Positions 42,925 through 52,901 of a stretch of DNA of 64,000 bases are shown here, piece after piece; position 1 is the stretch's first letter, and each line of letters begins with the position of its first letter. Origin of the DNA: a bacterium (GTDB lineage: Bacteria; SAR324; NAC60-12); NCBI GenBank assembly GCA_965205865.1, contig CBDBHR010000030.1, positions 800,001 through 864,000 on the forward strand, written 5' to 3'. The translations under genes were made by a program, and so were the position numbers. The notes below the pieces were generated by a model. It ran no database searches. It was given only the letters and a program-made list of their open reading frames with translations, and was not told the DNA's origin.

Positions 42925-43953
42925 TCACAAGGTGTTGGTGATGCTCGTATCAAAGGTGGGGTTGAAGGTATCCAAATAGGCATACAGCGCAGGGGCTCCG
43001 CCGGTGTGGAGAAAGAGGACATTTTGTCCTTTTTTGAAGTGGCCTTTTCTAATCAAATCGATCAAGCCTGCCATGGTTTTGCCCGAATACACCGGGTCTA
43101 ACAAGATCCCTTCGGTTTGGGCTAACAGCTTGATGGCTTCCACCATCCCCTCGGTGGGAATTGAATACCCTTCCCCCACATAGGCATCAAAACATTCCAC
43201 GGTTTGGCGCGGTATCGTTTGGGACAGGCCAAGTTTCTCAGCAGTTTGCTCGACTAAAGAAAACACGAGATCTTCCTGTTTGGTTTTTTCCCGGCTGACA
43301 CAAATCCCACTGACAGGGATGTCCGTATTGGTGCCCTGCAGACCGGTGACCATGCCCGCATGAGTGCCGGAGCTACCGCTGGGCACAATGATATGATCCA
43401 GAACAATCTCCTGCTCCAACAGCTGGGCCTGCAATTCCTGAGCACAATTGACATACCCCAGCGCCCCAATAGCATTGGACGCTCCACCGGGGATCAGATA
43501 GGGGGTTCGACCTGCCTGAGCGACCTCATCGGCTTCTTTTTGCATACAGGCGGCCAGATCACTGCCTCCCGCCACGACGGTGATGTGCTCCACCCCCAGC
43601 AATTTATATAAGAAATTATTACCGTTGGCATCCGCTTTATAGGATCCTTTGACCCGTTCTTCCAAAACCAGGCGACAGGACAGCCCTTCTTTGATCGCAG
43701 CCGACAACGTCAGCCGACAATGGTTGGATTGAATGGCCCCACAGGTGATCAGGGTATCCGCGCCTTTTTCGATCGCATCCCCGACTACAAATTCCAGTTT
43801 TCGGGTTTTGTTCCCGCCTTCGGTGCCAGGGAGTAAATCGTCCCGTTTGATGTAAATATTCGGGCCTCCCAAGGCTTTTGAAAAATGCGGGAGGGCGTGG
43901 AGGGGGGTGGGGGCTTCAAGGTACTTTCTTCGTGGAAAACGAGCTAAATCCAT
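42925..43953 (-). CDS. D-cysteine desulfhydrase / D-cysteate sulfo-lyase family PLP enzyme
   Basis: IKRDD..GGNKTRK, QSNH, SGSSGT, LDPVYSGK, FLHTGG. Confidence 0.9.
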   Translation of the reverse strand: MDLARFPRRKYLEAPTPLHALPHFSKALGGPNIYIKRDDLLPGTEGGNKTRKLEFVVGDAIEKGADTLITCGAIQSNHCRLTLSAAIKEGLSCRLVLEERVKGSYKADANGNNFLYKLLGVEHITVVAGGSDLAACMQKEADEVAQAGRTPYLIPGGASNAIGALGYVNCAQELQAQLLEQEIVLDHIIVPSGSSGTHAGMVTGLQGTNTDIPVSGICVSREKTKQEDLVFSLVEQTAEKLGLSQTIPRQTVECFDAYVGEGYSIPTEGMVEAIKLLAQTEGILLDPVYSGKTMAGLIDLIRKGHFKKGQNVLFLHTGGAPALYAYLDTFNPTFDTSITNTL

Positions 43954-44099
43954 AATTTCTTATCTGGGGAGAAATCTCCTGCTCTTGCTGTGAGCGGGTG
44001 GAGGTGATAAGGTTAAGTAGGGTGAGCCATTTCCCACCAAAAGCGAGGGGCGCGCAGCCTGACCCATCCTATCATCCGACTCTCTATCAGGAAAACACG

Positions 44100-44810
44100 A
44101 TGTCAGAAAACACCATCAAGACTATAGGAATTTTAGGGGGAATGGGGCCGGAGGCTACGGTATTTTTTTACCAGAAAATCTTGAGTTTGACGCCGGCCGC
44201 TAAAGACCAGGACCATATCCCCACGCTTATCTATTCCAATCCGCATATTCCGGATAGAACCCAAGCCATTCTCAGTCGTGAGGACGATTCTATCATTCTC
44301 CAACTCCAGCAATCAACTCAAATCTTGAAGCAAGGCGGAGCTGCCTTTGTGGTGATCCCCTGCAACAACGCGCACTACTGGATTCCACAGATCCGCGAAG
44401 CGGTTGATATTCCGATCATGGACATGATAGAGGAAACCTTGAAACATTTAGAAAAAAAAGGGATCTCCCAGGTCGGCTTATTGGCCACCGAAGGCACGCT
44501 CAAATCTCAGATCTACCAAATGAAAAGCAAAGATCGCCTGGAGATCATAGTGCCGCCAGACACCCTCTCTCAGGAAGTGATGTCCACTATTCGACAGATC
44601 AAAGCGGGAAGTCGAGCAAAGTCGTTATATGAGCCTATTGATCAAGCCCGTGCATGGTTTCAGAGGCAAGGGATTGACAAGATCATCTTAGGCTGCACCG
44701 AATTGCCCCTCTTGTATACAGACGCGAGAGATATCGAATGGTTCGTTGATCCAATGGACCTCCTGGCCCAACGCGCCATTGCCGTGGCAACAGGAAAGGA
44801 AACCCCCTGA
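44100..44810 (+). CDS. Aspartate/glutamate-type two-Cys amino-acid racemase
   Basis: GILGGMGPEAT, IPDRT, PCNNAH, LGCTE. Confidence 0.9.
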   Translation: MSENTIKTIGILGGMGPEATVFFYQKILSLTPAAKDQDHIPTLIYSNPHIPDRTQAILSREDDSIILQLQQSTQILKQGGAAFVVIPCNNAHYWIPQIREAVDIPIMDMIEETLKHLEKKGISQVGLLATEGTLKSQIYQMKSKDRLEIIVPPDTLSQEVMSTIRQIKAGSRAKSLYEPIDQARAWFQRQGIDKIILGCTELPLLYTDARDIEWFVDPMDLLAQRAIAVATGKETP

Positions 44811-44849
44811 CAAGTTCCGAACATATTGGAAAATCGCATCCACTTCCCC

Positions 44850-46130
44850 TTATTCAGTCAAATAATTTCTTCTTAACACCCTTCCGCCATGATCTAGTGT
44901 TCGTTTGCCCTGGCTGTAAGTTAAAACGCCGTTGACGAGGACGTGCTCAAATCCTCCCGCATAAATGTTTGGATTGGTGAATGAGGAATTGTCTTCTAAT
45001 TTTTTCAAGTCAAAGATGGTGATATCCGCTGCAGCTCCTGGAATGAGGCGGCCACGGTCGGTTAAACCGATCCGGGAAGCTGGCAAGCTTGTCAACCGAC
45101 GAATTCCCTCTTCCAAATCAAGAATTTTTCCATCTTTTAGATACTGTGTCATATATTTAGCCGTCCAATTATACCCCGAATATCCAAATTGCCTCCCTTC
45201 CAAGACTCCATCATTGGCCAAAGCCATGGTGTCAGAGCCAATTGCGCACAACGAGCTGGTCAACACCAACTGGTTGTCTTCTTCCGCAAATGCCTCGCTC
45301 GTGAGTACGACCGCCTGATGCCGATCGCCTTCTTCCAGCAATAGATCAAAAATGACATCCCAACCGGTGGTGCCTTTTTTCTGAGCAATTTCCTCAATGG
45401 TCCAGCTAATGTATTGCTTATTGGCAAAACTGGACATGAGTTTGATTTTATCCCATTTTTCTTCCACCACTAGCTGCCACATGGGAAGGGGGTTGATTTT
45501 TAACTGTTCCCGACCTTCATCTGATTTCAGCAGTTCAAGAAATTCATCTTTTGATAAAGAATAAGACCATGCCGGGAGCTGAGCCATGGCACTGGTAAAG
45601 TTCCAATTGGTCGGCATCATATCCATGGCCACATCGATGCCTTCCTCGCGGGCCCATTCGATCATCTGAAGGGTGTTCCGCATAGCGTGGTCCGGACGAC
45701 CGTACTTTGGATTGATGTGGGAGATTTGAAGACGAACTCCTGTTTCACGAGCGAGATCCATCGCTTCTCCAAAACCGACGAAATACCGTTTATCTCGGTT
45801 TCGGGAATGGGTCGCATAAAATCCATCCACTTGAGCAACCGCCCGGCATAAAGCTGCTAGTTCATCAAATCCGGCCATTTTACCCGGATGGTATTCCAGA
45901 CCGGTGGACATGCCAAAGGCCCCTTCTTCCAGCGACTTTTCTAGCAGAGACACCATCTCCTCCACTTCTTCATCCGTGGCCACTTGTGGGGCTTGAAGTC
46001 CCATGACCACACTCCGCAACGCGCCATGCCCCACTAAACCGATCACGTTGGTTGCAATATTGGCCTTATCCATCACCTCCAGCAACTCGCCATAACTGTA
46101 CCATTTATCTAATTCAGGAAAGCCCATTGT
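44850..46130 (-). pseudogene. N-acyl-D-amino-acid deacylase family amidohydrolase, N-terminally truncated
   Basis: LVGHGALR, GMSTGLEYHPG, THSRN, QISH, TSLPASRIG; N-terminal HxH region absent. Confidence 0.8.
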
Positions 46131-46628
46131 GCGAACTACGGATTTTCGACTCTCATCGGTGCGGGGGCGTCGCCAGGCGGAGCAGATCGAACTGATGAAC
46201 AAGCTCTGGACCACCGCACGGTCACGTTTGATGGCGAGTTCGACCGGGTGCACCACGCTGGGATCAAGCCACTACCGATTCAACAGCCGATTCCGATTTG
46301 GTTTGGCGGTGAAGTGGAGCCGGTGTTGAGACGCGCTGCGAAATATGGTCAGGGGTGGATTCCACGGTTTCGGCCGGACGAGCAGATTGAAGGTCCCCTG
46401 GAACGCCTACGTACCTATCTACAGGCCGAGGGGCGGGAGCCAAGCGCATTTGGTCTCGAGGGCTGGGTGCGCAGTGACATCGGTGGACCGGACAAATGGC
46501 AGACGGAGGCCGAGCGCTGGGTGACTGTTGGGGCCACTCATGTAACGTTTTACACCTCGGGGCAAGGCATTGGCGCGGTAGAGCAACAAATTGAGGCAAT
46601 GAACCAATTTTACGATGCCGTGCGATGA
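46131..46628 (+). pseudogene. LLM-class F420-dependent oxidoreductase, C-terminal fragment with frameshift
   Basis: RGRRQAEQIELMNKLWT, AGIKPLPIQQPIPIWFGG, RRAAKYGQGW. Confidence 0.75.
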
Positions 46629-46714
46629 GAACCGATGGCACCGCCAACCCGAAGATTTCCCTTGAGGACCAGCTGCTGGAACCCGGAATGCCCCTGAGCC
46701 GGGGGAAGCGCATG

Positions 46715-46757
46715 GAAATTGCTGTCCTCCGCACACTATGTTATTCTGTTAAAAAGA
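46715..46757 (+). promoter_or_regulatory. sigma70-type promoter TTGCTG-17-TATTCT, paralogous to 8770..8812
   Basis: 37/43 identity by manual alignment. Confidence 0.6.
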
Positions 46758-46823
46758 AAACGCCTTGGCATTGGACGAGGCCATAAAATATTGGATATTC
46801 ATTTCGAAAAAAGGAGAGAAACG

Positions 46824-48086
46824 ATGAACGCTCGCACCATCAATATCCCGGTCAAGGCCTGGTATGGGGATGAAGAAATGGCGCTCCAATTCCCTGAGAG
46901 TTGGGAGGTTATGGTCTGTAACATGGCTGGTCACGATACCCCGGCCTTGAGTGATGACCAACTTCGTGAGGCCCTCCAGAATCCGCTGGGGACCGAACCG
47001 TTGCGACAACTGGCGCGCGGCCGAAAACAAGCCGTCATTCTGTTCGACGACTTGACCCGTCCCGCGCCAACCTGGAAGATCCTGCCCTTCGTTCTGGAAG
47101 AGCTGGGGGCCGCCGGCTTCGAAGACGACCAGATACGATTTGTGGGCGCCTTTGCCAACCACGCCGCCATGTGTCAGGAAGATTTTGTTAAGAAGCTTGG
47201 CCCGGACATGGTGCGGCGGTTTCGCATTTACAACCACAACCCGTACGAACATCTGGTGGACCTGGGCAAAACCAGCCGGGGCACGCCGATATTGATCAAC
47301 CAAGAGGTGATGAACTGCGACCTGATGATCGGGATTGGGGGGCTGATTCCGCATCTGGGAGCGGGCTTCGGCGGCGGGGCCAAACTGGTGCTGCCGGGCG
47401 TCGCCAGTATCGAGTCGGCGGGCTATAACCATCTGGAGCTGGGCGGCCTGGGTGGTGATCGCTCAGGGCCAAGAGAATTTCGCCTCGGTAAGATCGAAGG
47501 GAATGAGCTGCGCCTGGACATCGAGGAAGCGGTGCAGAAGGTCGGTCTTGATATGAAGATAGACCTGCTGATCAACAACCGACGCGAGGTCGTGGGCGTC
47601 TTCGCCGGAGACTTCATCAGCCAGCATCGCGCCGGCGTGGAACAGGCCAAGCAGCTTTACGCCACCCCAATCCCCAGCGAGTGTGATATAGTGGTCACGA
47701 ACGCCTTTCCCATCGAAAACCAGGTCGGCAAAGGGGTCTGGCCGGCTAATCTATCACTGAAAGAAGGGGGGCTGGCCGTCGTAGTGGTGCAGAGCGTGGA
47801 AGGGCAAGCGGCTCATTATCTGGGCGGCCGTTTCGGTACCGACTACGGCGGCAAGATGTGGGGCGGCCTCCCGGGACGGTTACTGACTCCAAAGGCGAGC
47901 CGGCTGCTGGTCTGCTCAGAGTTTCTGGCTCAGAGCGATTTGGACATGCTGGGCCCAGCAGATCAGGTGGTGCCGTGTGCTAGCTGGGCAGAGGTCCTGA
48001 TCCATTTACAGGCTGCCTATCCCCAAACAGCCAAAGTCGCGGTCTATCCCTACGCGGCCATCCAGTACCCGGGCGAGGTTAGCTAA
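46824..48086 (+). CDS. LarA-family nickel-pincer-dependent racemase/epimerase
   Basis: ALQNPLG, DDLTRP, PHLGAGFGGGAKLVLPG, YNH motifs. Confidence 0.85.
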   Translation: MNARTINIPVKAWYGDEEMALQFPESWEVMVCNMAGHDTPALSDDQLREALQNPLGTEPLRQLARGRKQAVILFDDLTRPAPTWKILPFVLEELGAAGFEDDQIRFVGAFANHAAMCQEDFVKKLGPDMVRRFRIYNHNPYEHLVDLGKTSRGTPILINQEVMNCDLMIGIGGLIPHLGAGFGGGAKLVLPGVASIESAGYNHLELGGLGGDRSGPREFRLGKIEGNELRLDIEEAVQKVGLDMKIDLLINNRREVVGVFAGDFISQHRAGVEQAKQLYATPIPSECDIVVTNAFPIENQVGKGVWPANLSLKEGGLAVVVVQSVEGQAAHYLGGRFGTDYGGKMWGGLPGRLLTPKASRLLVCSEFLAQSDLDMLGPADQVVPCASWAEVLIHLQAAYPQTAKVAVYPYAAIQYPGEVS

Positions 48087-48248
48087 TTGCCGGTGCCTAT
48101 CCGGGATCGGCAAAATGGCTGAAGAGGCTGTGGCGTCAGAAAATTTTAAAGCATATCGAAGCGGCATTCCGCTTTACACATCCCTCTGCAAATGGTAAGG
48201 TCTTCTGAAAATTTTGATTTTCTTATGTGACATGATGGGAGGTAAAAA

Positions 48249-49028
48249 ATGGGTAAATCTAATTTTTCGTTAGCAAATCAAGTGGCTATTGTTACCGGAG
48301 GTGGCACGGGAATAGGACGGAGTATTGCTTTGGAGTTTGCCGAGTTTGGTGCCGATGTGGTGGTCAGTAGTCGGAAATTGGAAAATTTGGAAAGGGTGGC
48401 CGATGAAGTCAAAGCGCTAGGCAGACATTGCTTGGCTATCAAGGCTGACATCACCAAAAAGACCGATATCGATGACCTTGTTCAAAAGGTAATGGAGGAA
48501 TTTGGTCGTATTGATATTCTGGTGAATAATGGGGGAGTCGGTTCAAAAGTACTCGGTAAACCAGTGCCCATCATTGAAGTGGATGAAGACGAGTGGGACT
48601 TGATTATGGATACTAATCTCAAAGGCACTTACTTTTGTTGCCAAGCCGTGGGTCAGAGGATGATCGAACAGAAGAAGGGGAACATTATCAACATAACGTC
48701 AGGTGACGGAAAACGAGTGTCTGGTGGGCGAGGGACTTCCTACAATGTTGCGAAAGCAGGTGCCATCATGCTGACCCAGTGCCTGGCTTGGGATTTCGGT
48801 AAACACAATATACGGATTAACTCGATTGCACCGGGATATACTAGAACCAAGATGGCTCAACCGTATTTGAGTGATCCTGAGACCTTGAAGATGCTTGAGA
48901 GCAGAAGGCCGTTGGGGCGAATCGGTGAGCCGGAGGAAATTGCCAGTGCCGCGGTATTTCTAGCTTCTGATGCCTCCAGCTATATGACAGGACAGACAAT
49001 TAACGTTTGTGGTGGCGTGCACAACTAG
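48249..49028 (+). CDS. Classical SDR oxidoreductase
   Basis: TGGGTGIG, YNVAK, NSIAPG. Confidence 0.92.
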   Translation: MGKSNFSLANQVAIVTGGGTGIGRSIALEFAEFGADVVVSSRKLENLERVADEVKALGRHCLAIKADITKKTDIDDLVQKVMEEFGRIDILVNNGGVGSKVLGKPVPIIEVDEDEWDLIMDTNLKGTYFCCQAVGQRMIEQKKGNIINITSGDGKRVSGGRGTSYNVAKAGAIMLTQCLAWDFGKHNIRINSIAPGYTRTKMAQPYLSDPETLKMLESRRPLGRIGEPEEIASAAVFLASDASSYMTGQTINVCGGVHN

Positions 49029-49074
49029 ATTTATTCGTAGTCTTGGTTGGAAGAAATCCCCTGGGAGACCCGTA

Positions 49075-49146
49075 TTGAGAATCCTTTGATATAGATCAGG
49101 TTTGAGATGAAAATGAGCCTGTGTTTGGAGGGTATCCAGGATCGGC
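49075..49146 (-). pseudogene. Possible DUF3368 C-terminal remnant
   Basis: KPILDTLQTQAHFHLKPDLYQRIL. Confidence 0.4.
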
Positions 49147-49466
49147 TTACTCAGCGCCGCCTCGCTGATAATCACCGCCCCGATGTTGATGGTGAAAATG
49201 ATGATGACCGGCGCGGCAATATTGGGCAGCACATAGCGCATCAGGATTCTCCCTTCCAAGCAGCCAATCGCCACGGCCGCCTGAAAATAGACATTCTCTT
49301 TGACCCCAATCACGGCGCTGCGGACGATTCGGGAGGCTGCCGATGCCCTCCGGTGACCCCCCAGGACCACGATGATCTGGGGGAGCCCTCGCCCCACAAG
49401 GGACATGATCGTTAACAACAAGAGCAGTCCCGGGAAGGCCATCCAGGCATCGACAAAGCGCTGTAA
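49147..49466 (-). pseudogene. DppC-like internal fragment
   Basis: QRFVDAWMAFPGLLLLL...YVLPNIAAPVIII. Confidence 0.85.
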
Positions 49467-49947
49467 CACGTAACGTGAGTTAAATATTGAGACGCTTGGG
49501 GAATGTTGTAAAAATGTCCTCCAGCGTAATAATGTGGTTGAAATACCCGGAATCGTTGAGGGCCTGATCCGGTCCATAAAGACTGATCAAGGCTTTTTCC
49601 AAGCCAAATCCTCGGGGAACCTTCAAGAGCGCACATTTTCTTTTTGACTTCCTTCTCTAGAGGTGAGATAAGATTGGCCTTAAAGAGTCGCTATCGCGAA
49701 ATAGCTTTTAGCCCTCTGCTGTCAACCAATTTTAGGATTGCGCACATTCTCTGAAAGCTGATAGCTGATAACTGACAACTTTGCATTTCAGACAAGAGCC
49801 AAGAAAAATGAAAAGTCTGGAACGCCAGCCCGGCCTGAATCCATATTGAGCGAATATTTATTTAGCCGAAAGTCATGTAAAATACCTTCCCCTCCAGCAT
49901 CTATCAGGTGTACGAGAGACGGGATGAAACCCATTAGAGGAGTTTCT

Positions 49948-50925
49948 ATGACAGGGACACTGGAACAGCGCCCCTTCGGGCGTACAGGGGAGACGGTCAG
50001 CCTCATCGGACTGGGTGGCGCCGCTTTGTATAAGCACTCCTATGAACAAGGGGTAGAAACCGTCAAACATGCGCTTGATCTGGGTGTTAGCTATTTCGAT
50101 ACCTCTCCCGCTTACGGTAAAGCAGGCGAGGATGGCCGTTGGATAGACAGGGGTAAATCGCAGTTAATCATGGGTGAGGGGCTTGATGGGAGCACGAAAC
50201 CCAATCTCCTTGCGACAAAGCTAATAGACTATACGACGGTAGAAGACTGTCGCGCCCAAATACAAGACAACCTACGTGCTCTGCGTCGCGATAGGGTCGA
50301 CGTACTCCTGGGGCACAACATAGAGAAGGCAAAAGCCTGGATACCCGACGCGCGGGACGATAGCCGGCTTCTCCACCTGGATGAGGAGTTCAACTACCAG
50401 AACGCAGCCCTCATTCAGGCGCTTCGTGAAGCAAAGGCGCAGGGGCTGTGCCGTTACATTGGCCTCAGTTCAAACCAGTCCACGCCCTTGGCTCGCGTCC
50501 TGAACCGGGTAAAACTCGACATGTGTCTATCGGCCCACGAGTATTCGCTGCTGGCCCGCCGTTCCCCGCAGGTGATGCTGCCGGTCATTCGTGAGCAGGG
50601 GATTGCTTATGTCGTGGGAGGGATTTTCTCCAACGTTGGTCGGGGCGTGTCAAATGAAGCTTCGCCGTTTCAGCTCGCCCCCAAAGGTCCTCTGGCTCAG
50701 GTTGGCGGGATATTCGCGGATGCGCGCCTCCTCGAGTTGGCCCGGGCGACTGGTATTTCGGTCGCAGCATTGACGGTTCGCTTTTTGATCGCAAATAAAG
50801 AACTGTCGACCATCCTGGTGGGTGCCTCCACACCCGAGGAACTCGAGGAGAGCGTCGTGGCAGCGCAGGCAGGTCCGCTACCGCTCGACATTCATCAGAC
50901 CCTGGAAGCGCTCACCTCGCCGTGA
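49948..50925 (+). CDS. Aldo/keto reductase
   Basis: SLIGLGG, FDTSPAYG, LATK, RYIGLS, ILVGAS. Confidence 0.9.
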   Translation: MTGTLEQRPFGRTGETVSLIGLGGAALYKHSYEQGVETVKHALDLGVSYFDTSPAYGKAGEDGRWIDRGKSQLIMGEGLDGSTKPNLLATKLIDYTTVEDCRAQIQDNLRALRRDRVDVLLGHNIEKAKAWIPDARDDSRLLHLDEEFNYQNAALIQALREAKAQGLCRYIGLSSNQSTPLARVLNRVKLDMCLSAHEYSLLARRSPQVMLPVIREQGIAYVVGGIFSNVGRGVSNEASPFQLAPKGPLAQVGGIFADARLLELARATGISVAALTVRFLIANKELSTILVGASTPEELEESVVAAQAGPLPLDIHQTLEALTSP

Positions 50926-51086
50926 CCTCCTCGGCGCTGGCGTATTTCCCAATTTTACCTGATAGGTTTTTATGGGGGAGAGTTTCTGGCTGATCAACAA
51001 AAGCGCGAGGAGCTTTCACGACCAAAATTTCTTCGGCAATCGGAGCAAAATCTGCCCGAAAGTGAACCATGCTCTTCAGTCCTAGA

Positions 51087-51493
51087 ATTTTCTGGCAGCC
51101 AGGGCCGTGGGCACCCCCACCAGCCTAATCCTGAACCGTCATGTGCTGCCCAATATTGTGGCACCCGTCATCATCATCTTCTCCATCAACATCGGGGGGG
51201 TGATTATCAGTGAGGCCTCGCTGAGCTTTTTCGGATTCGGGCTGCCTGCCCAGATTCCCAGCTGGGGCGGGATGCTCAGCCGGGAAGGGCGGGTCTACAT
51301 GGAGATGGCGCCACGGCTGGCTCTCTGGCCGGGTCTTTGCCTGACGATTGTCGTCTACAGTCTAAACATGTTCGGCGACGCGGTGCGGGACCTGCTCGAT
51401 CCCCGGTTGCGAGGCGGGCAGGGAAGTTACGGCGCCGCAGGGAAACGCAAACCAGGCCTCCTCGCCCGACTGATCAACCCTTTCAATTGGTAA
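51087..51493 (+). pseudogene. DppC-like 3' fragment
   Basis: HVLPN...FGDAVRDLLDPRLRGGQG. Confidence 0.85.
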
Positions 51494-51562
51494 ACGCACA
51501 AAAGGAAACCGTCCCTTTTTGTCCCTTCTACCTTCCTGAGAATCGCTGTTTTTTCTTCCGCG

Positions 51563-51770
51563 TCAAGTATCGTTTTTGACTCCAATCCATTCCCTCGCGT
51601 TCATCCCACCGCCAGTGACGAGACAATGAATATGAGGATGAAGCTGAAGGGTTTTGGTCCAGGTGTGAAGGGTGGCGATGATTCCCGGTTTGGCTCCCAG
51701 GTACTTGGCATCTTCCAATAGTTCAAAGAGCGTCTCACGAGCACAGTCAAAGAGAATCTTACCCATGATT
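51563..51770 (-). mobile_element. IS91-like (Y2) transposase fragment
   Basis: LGAKPGIIATLHTW...HPHIHCLVTGGG HUH motif. Confidence 0.8.
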
Positions 51771-51802
51771 TTTTGGCGCGTCGCGTAATAATAAAAGTAA
51801 AT

Positions 51803-51865
51803 TGGTGGAGGTGGCGGGAACGGTCCGCCGCTGCGACGGTCCGTCGTTACGGTCGAAGCCGCGTC
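51803..51865 (-). other. tmRNA/tRNA-type 3' end fragment (att-like) interrupted by a 32-bp insertion
   Basis: Minus strand GACGCGGCTTCGA-[32 nt]-TTCCCGCCACCTCCACCA. Confidence 0.65.
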
Positions 51866-51959
51866 AATCCCTTGATTAACAAGGTTTTGCAGGGGGTTTT
51901 AATCATTTGCTAATCCTTGGTTATTGGCTTTGGCGGCCTCATAGATGAGGGAGAGCCTC

Positions 51960-52901
51960 CTAAGAGAAAGGATTGATCAGTCTGGCGAGGAATCCTCTTT
52001 TGCGTTTCCTCTTTGCGGCGCCGTAACTGCCCTGACCACCCCGCAGCCGGGGGTCGAGCAGGTCTCTCACTGCGTCGCCGAACATGTTGAGGGAGTAGAC
52101 GACAATTGTCAGGAAAAGCCCCGGCCAGAAGGCCAGCCAGGGCGCTTGCTCCATGAACCGGCGCCCTTCGCGGCTGAGCATCCCTCCCCAGCTGGGCACC
52201 CCGGTGGGCAGACCGAATCCCAGGAAGCTCAGAGAGGCTTCGGCAATGATGACCCCGCCAATGTTAATGGAGAAGATGATGATGAGGGGCGCCATAATAT
52301 TGGGCAGCACATGGCGGCTCAGGATTTGGCTTGTAGAGGTGCCCACGGCCTGGGCTGCCAGAAAATAGTCATTCTCTTTGATAGCGATCACGGCGCTTCT
52401 GATGACTCTTGAGCCCCCGATGCCTCCGGTGATGCCCAGGACCACGATGATCTGGAGGAGCCCCTCTCCCACAAGCAACATGATGGTCAACAACAGCAGC
52501 AGTCCCGGGAAAGCCATCCAGGCATCGACAAAGCGCTGCACCGCCAGGTCCACTTTCCCCCCCAGGAATCCGGAAGTGACGCCGATCAGGACAGCGACGA
52601 GCACATTGAGTGTGGTCGCGGCCAGACCAACCAGCATGGAAACCCGAGCCCCGTAGATCAGGCGGCTCAACAAGTCTCGCCCTATATGGTCGGTCCCCAG
52701 CAGATACTGGACGGATGAGCCCGTCATCCGGTCTCTCAGGTGCATTTCATCAAAGGGATAAGGCGCCAGCGCATCGGCAAAGAGCGCCACCACAATCAAG
52801 AGCAAGACGATCATCCCGCAGGCCGTCCCCAGGGGCTGCTCCTTGAGCAGCCTGAACAGGAAATCCGCCAGCCGTCCCCGTCGCCTGGGCTCATTATTCA
52901 T
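51960..52901 (-). CDS. ABC permease DppC-like
   Basis: Full-length paralogue. Confidence 0.92.
   Translation of the reverse strand: MNNEPRRRGRLADFLFRLLKEQPLGTACGMIVLLLIVVALFADALAPYPFDEMHLRDRMTGSSVQYLLGTDHIGRDLLSRLIYGARVSMLVGLAATTLNVLVAVLIGVTSGFLGGKVDLAVQRFVDAWMAFPGLLLLLTIMLLVGEGLLQIIVVLGITGGIGGSRVIRSAVIAIKENDYFLAAQAVGTSTSQILSRHVLPNIMAPLIIIFSINIGGVIIAEASLSFLGFGLPTGVPSWGGMLSREGRRFMEQAPWLAFWPGLFLTIVVYSLNMFGDAVRDLLDPRLRGGQGSYGAAKRKRKRGFLARLINPFS

Noticed and set aside
44850-46256. 468-aa ORF as an intact amidohydrolase; likewise 48960..49577 as a fusion protein
   Set aside because: The termini are borrowed from unrelated neighbouring fragments across deletion junctions
49700-49785. GCTGATA-type heptamer tracts
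   Set aside because: Short common intergenic repeats with no associated gene here
51803-51865. Functional tRNA or tmRNA gene with an intron
   Set aside because: Only the 3' 31 nt are present; no acceptor 5' strand or gene body found nearby
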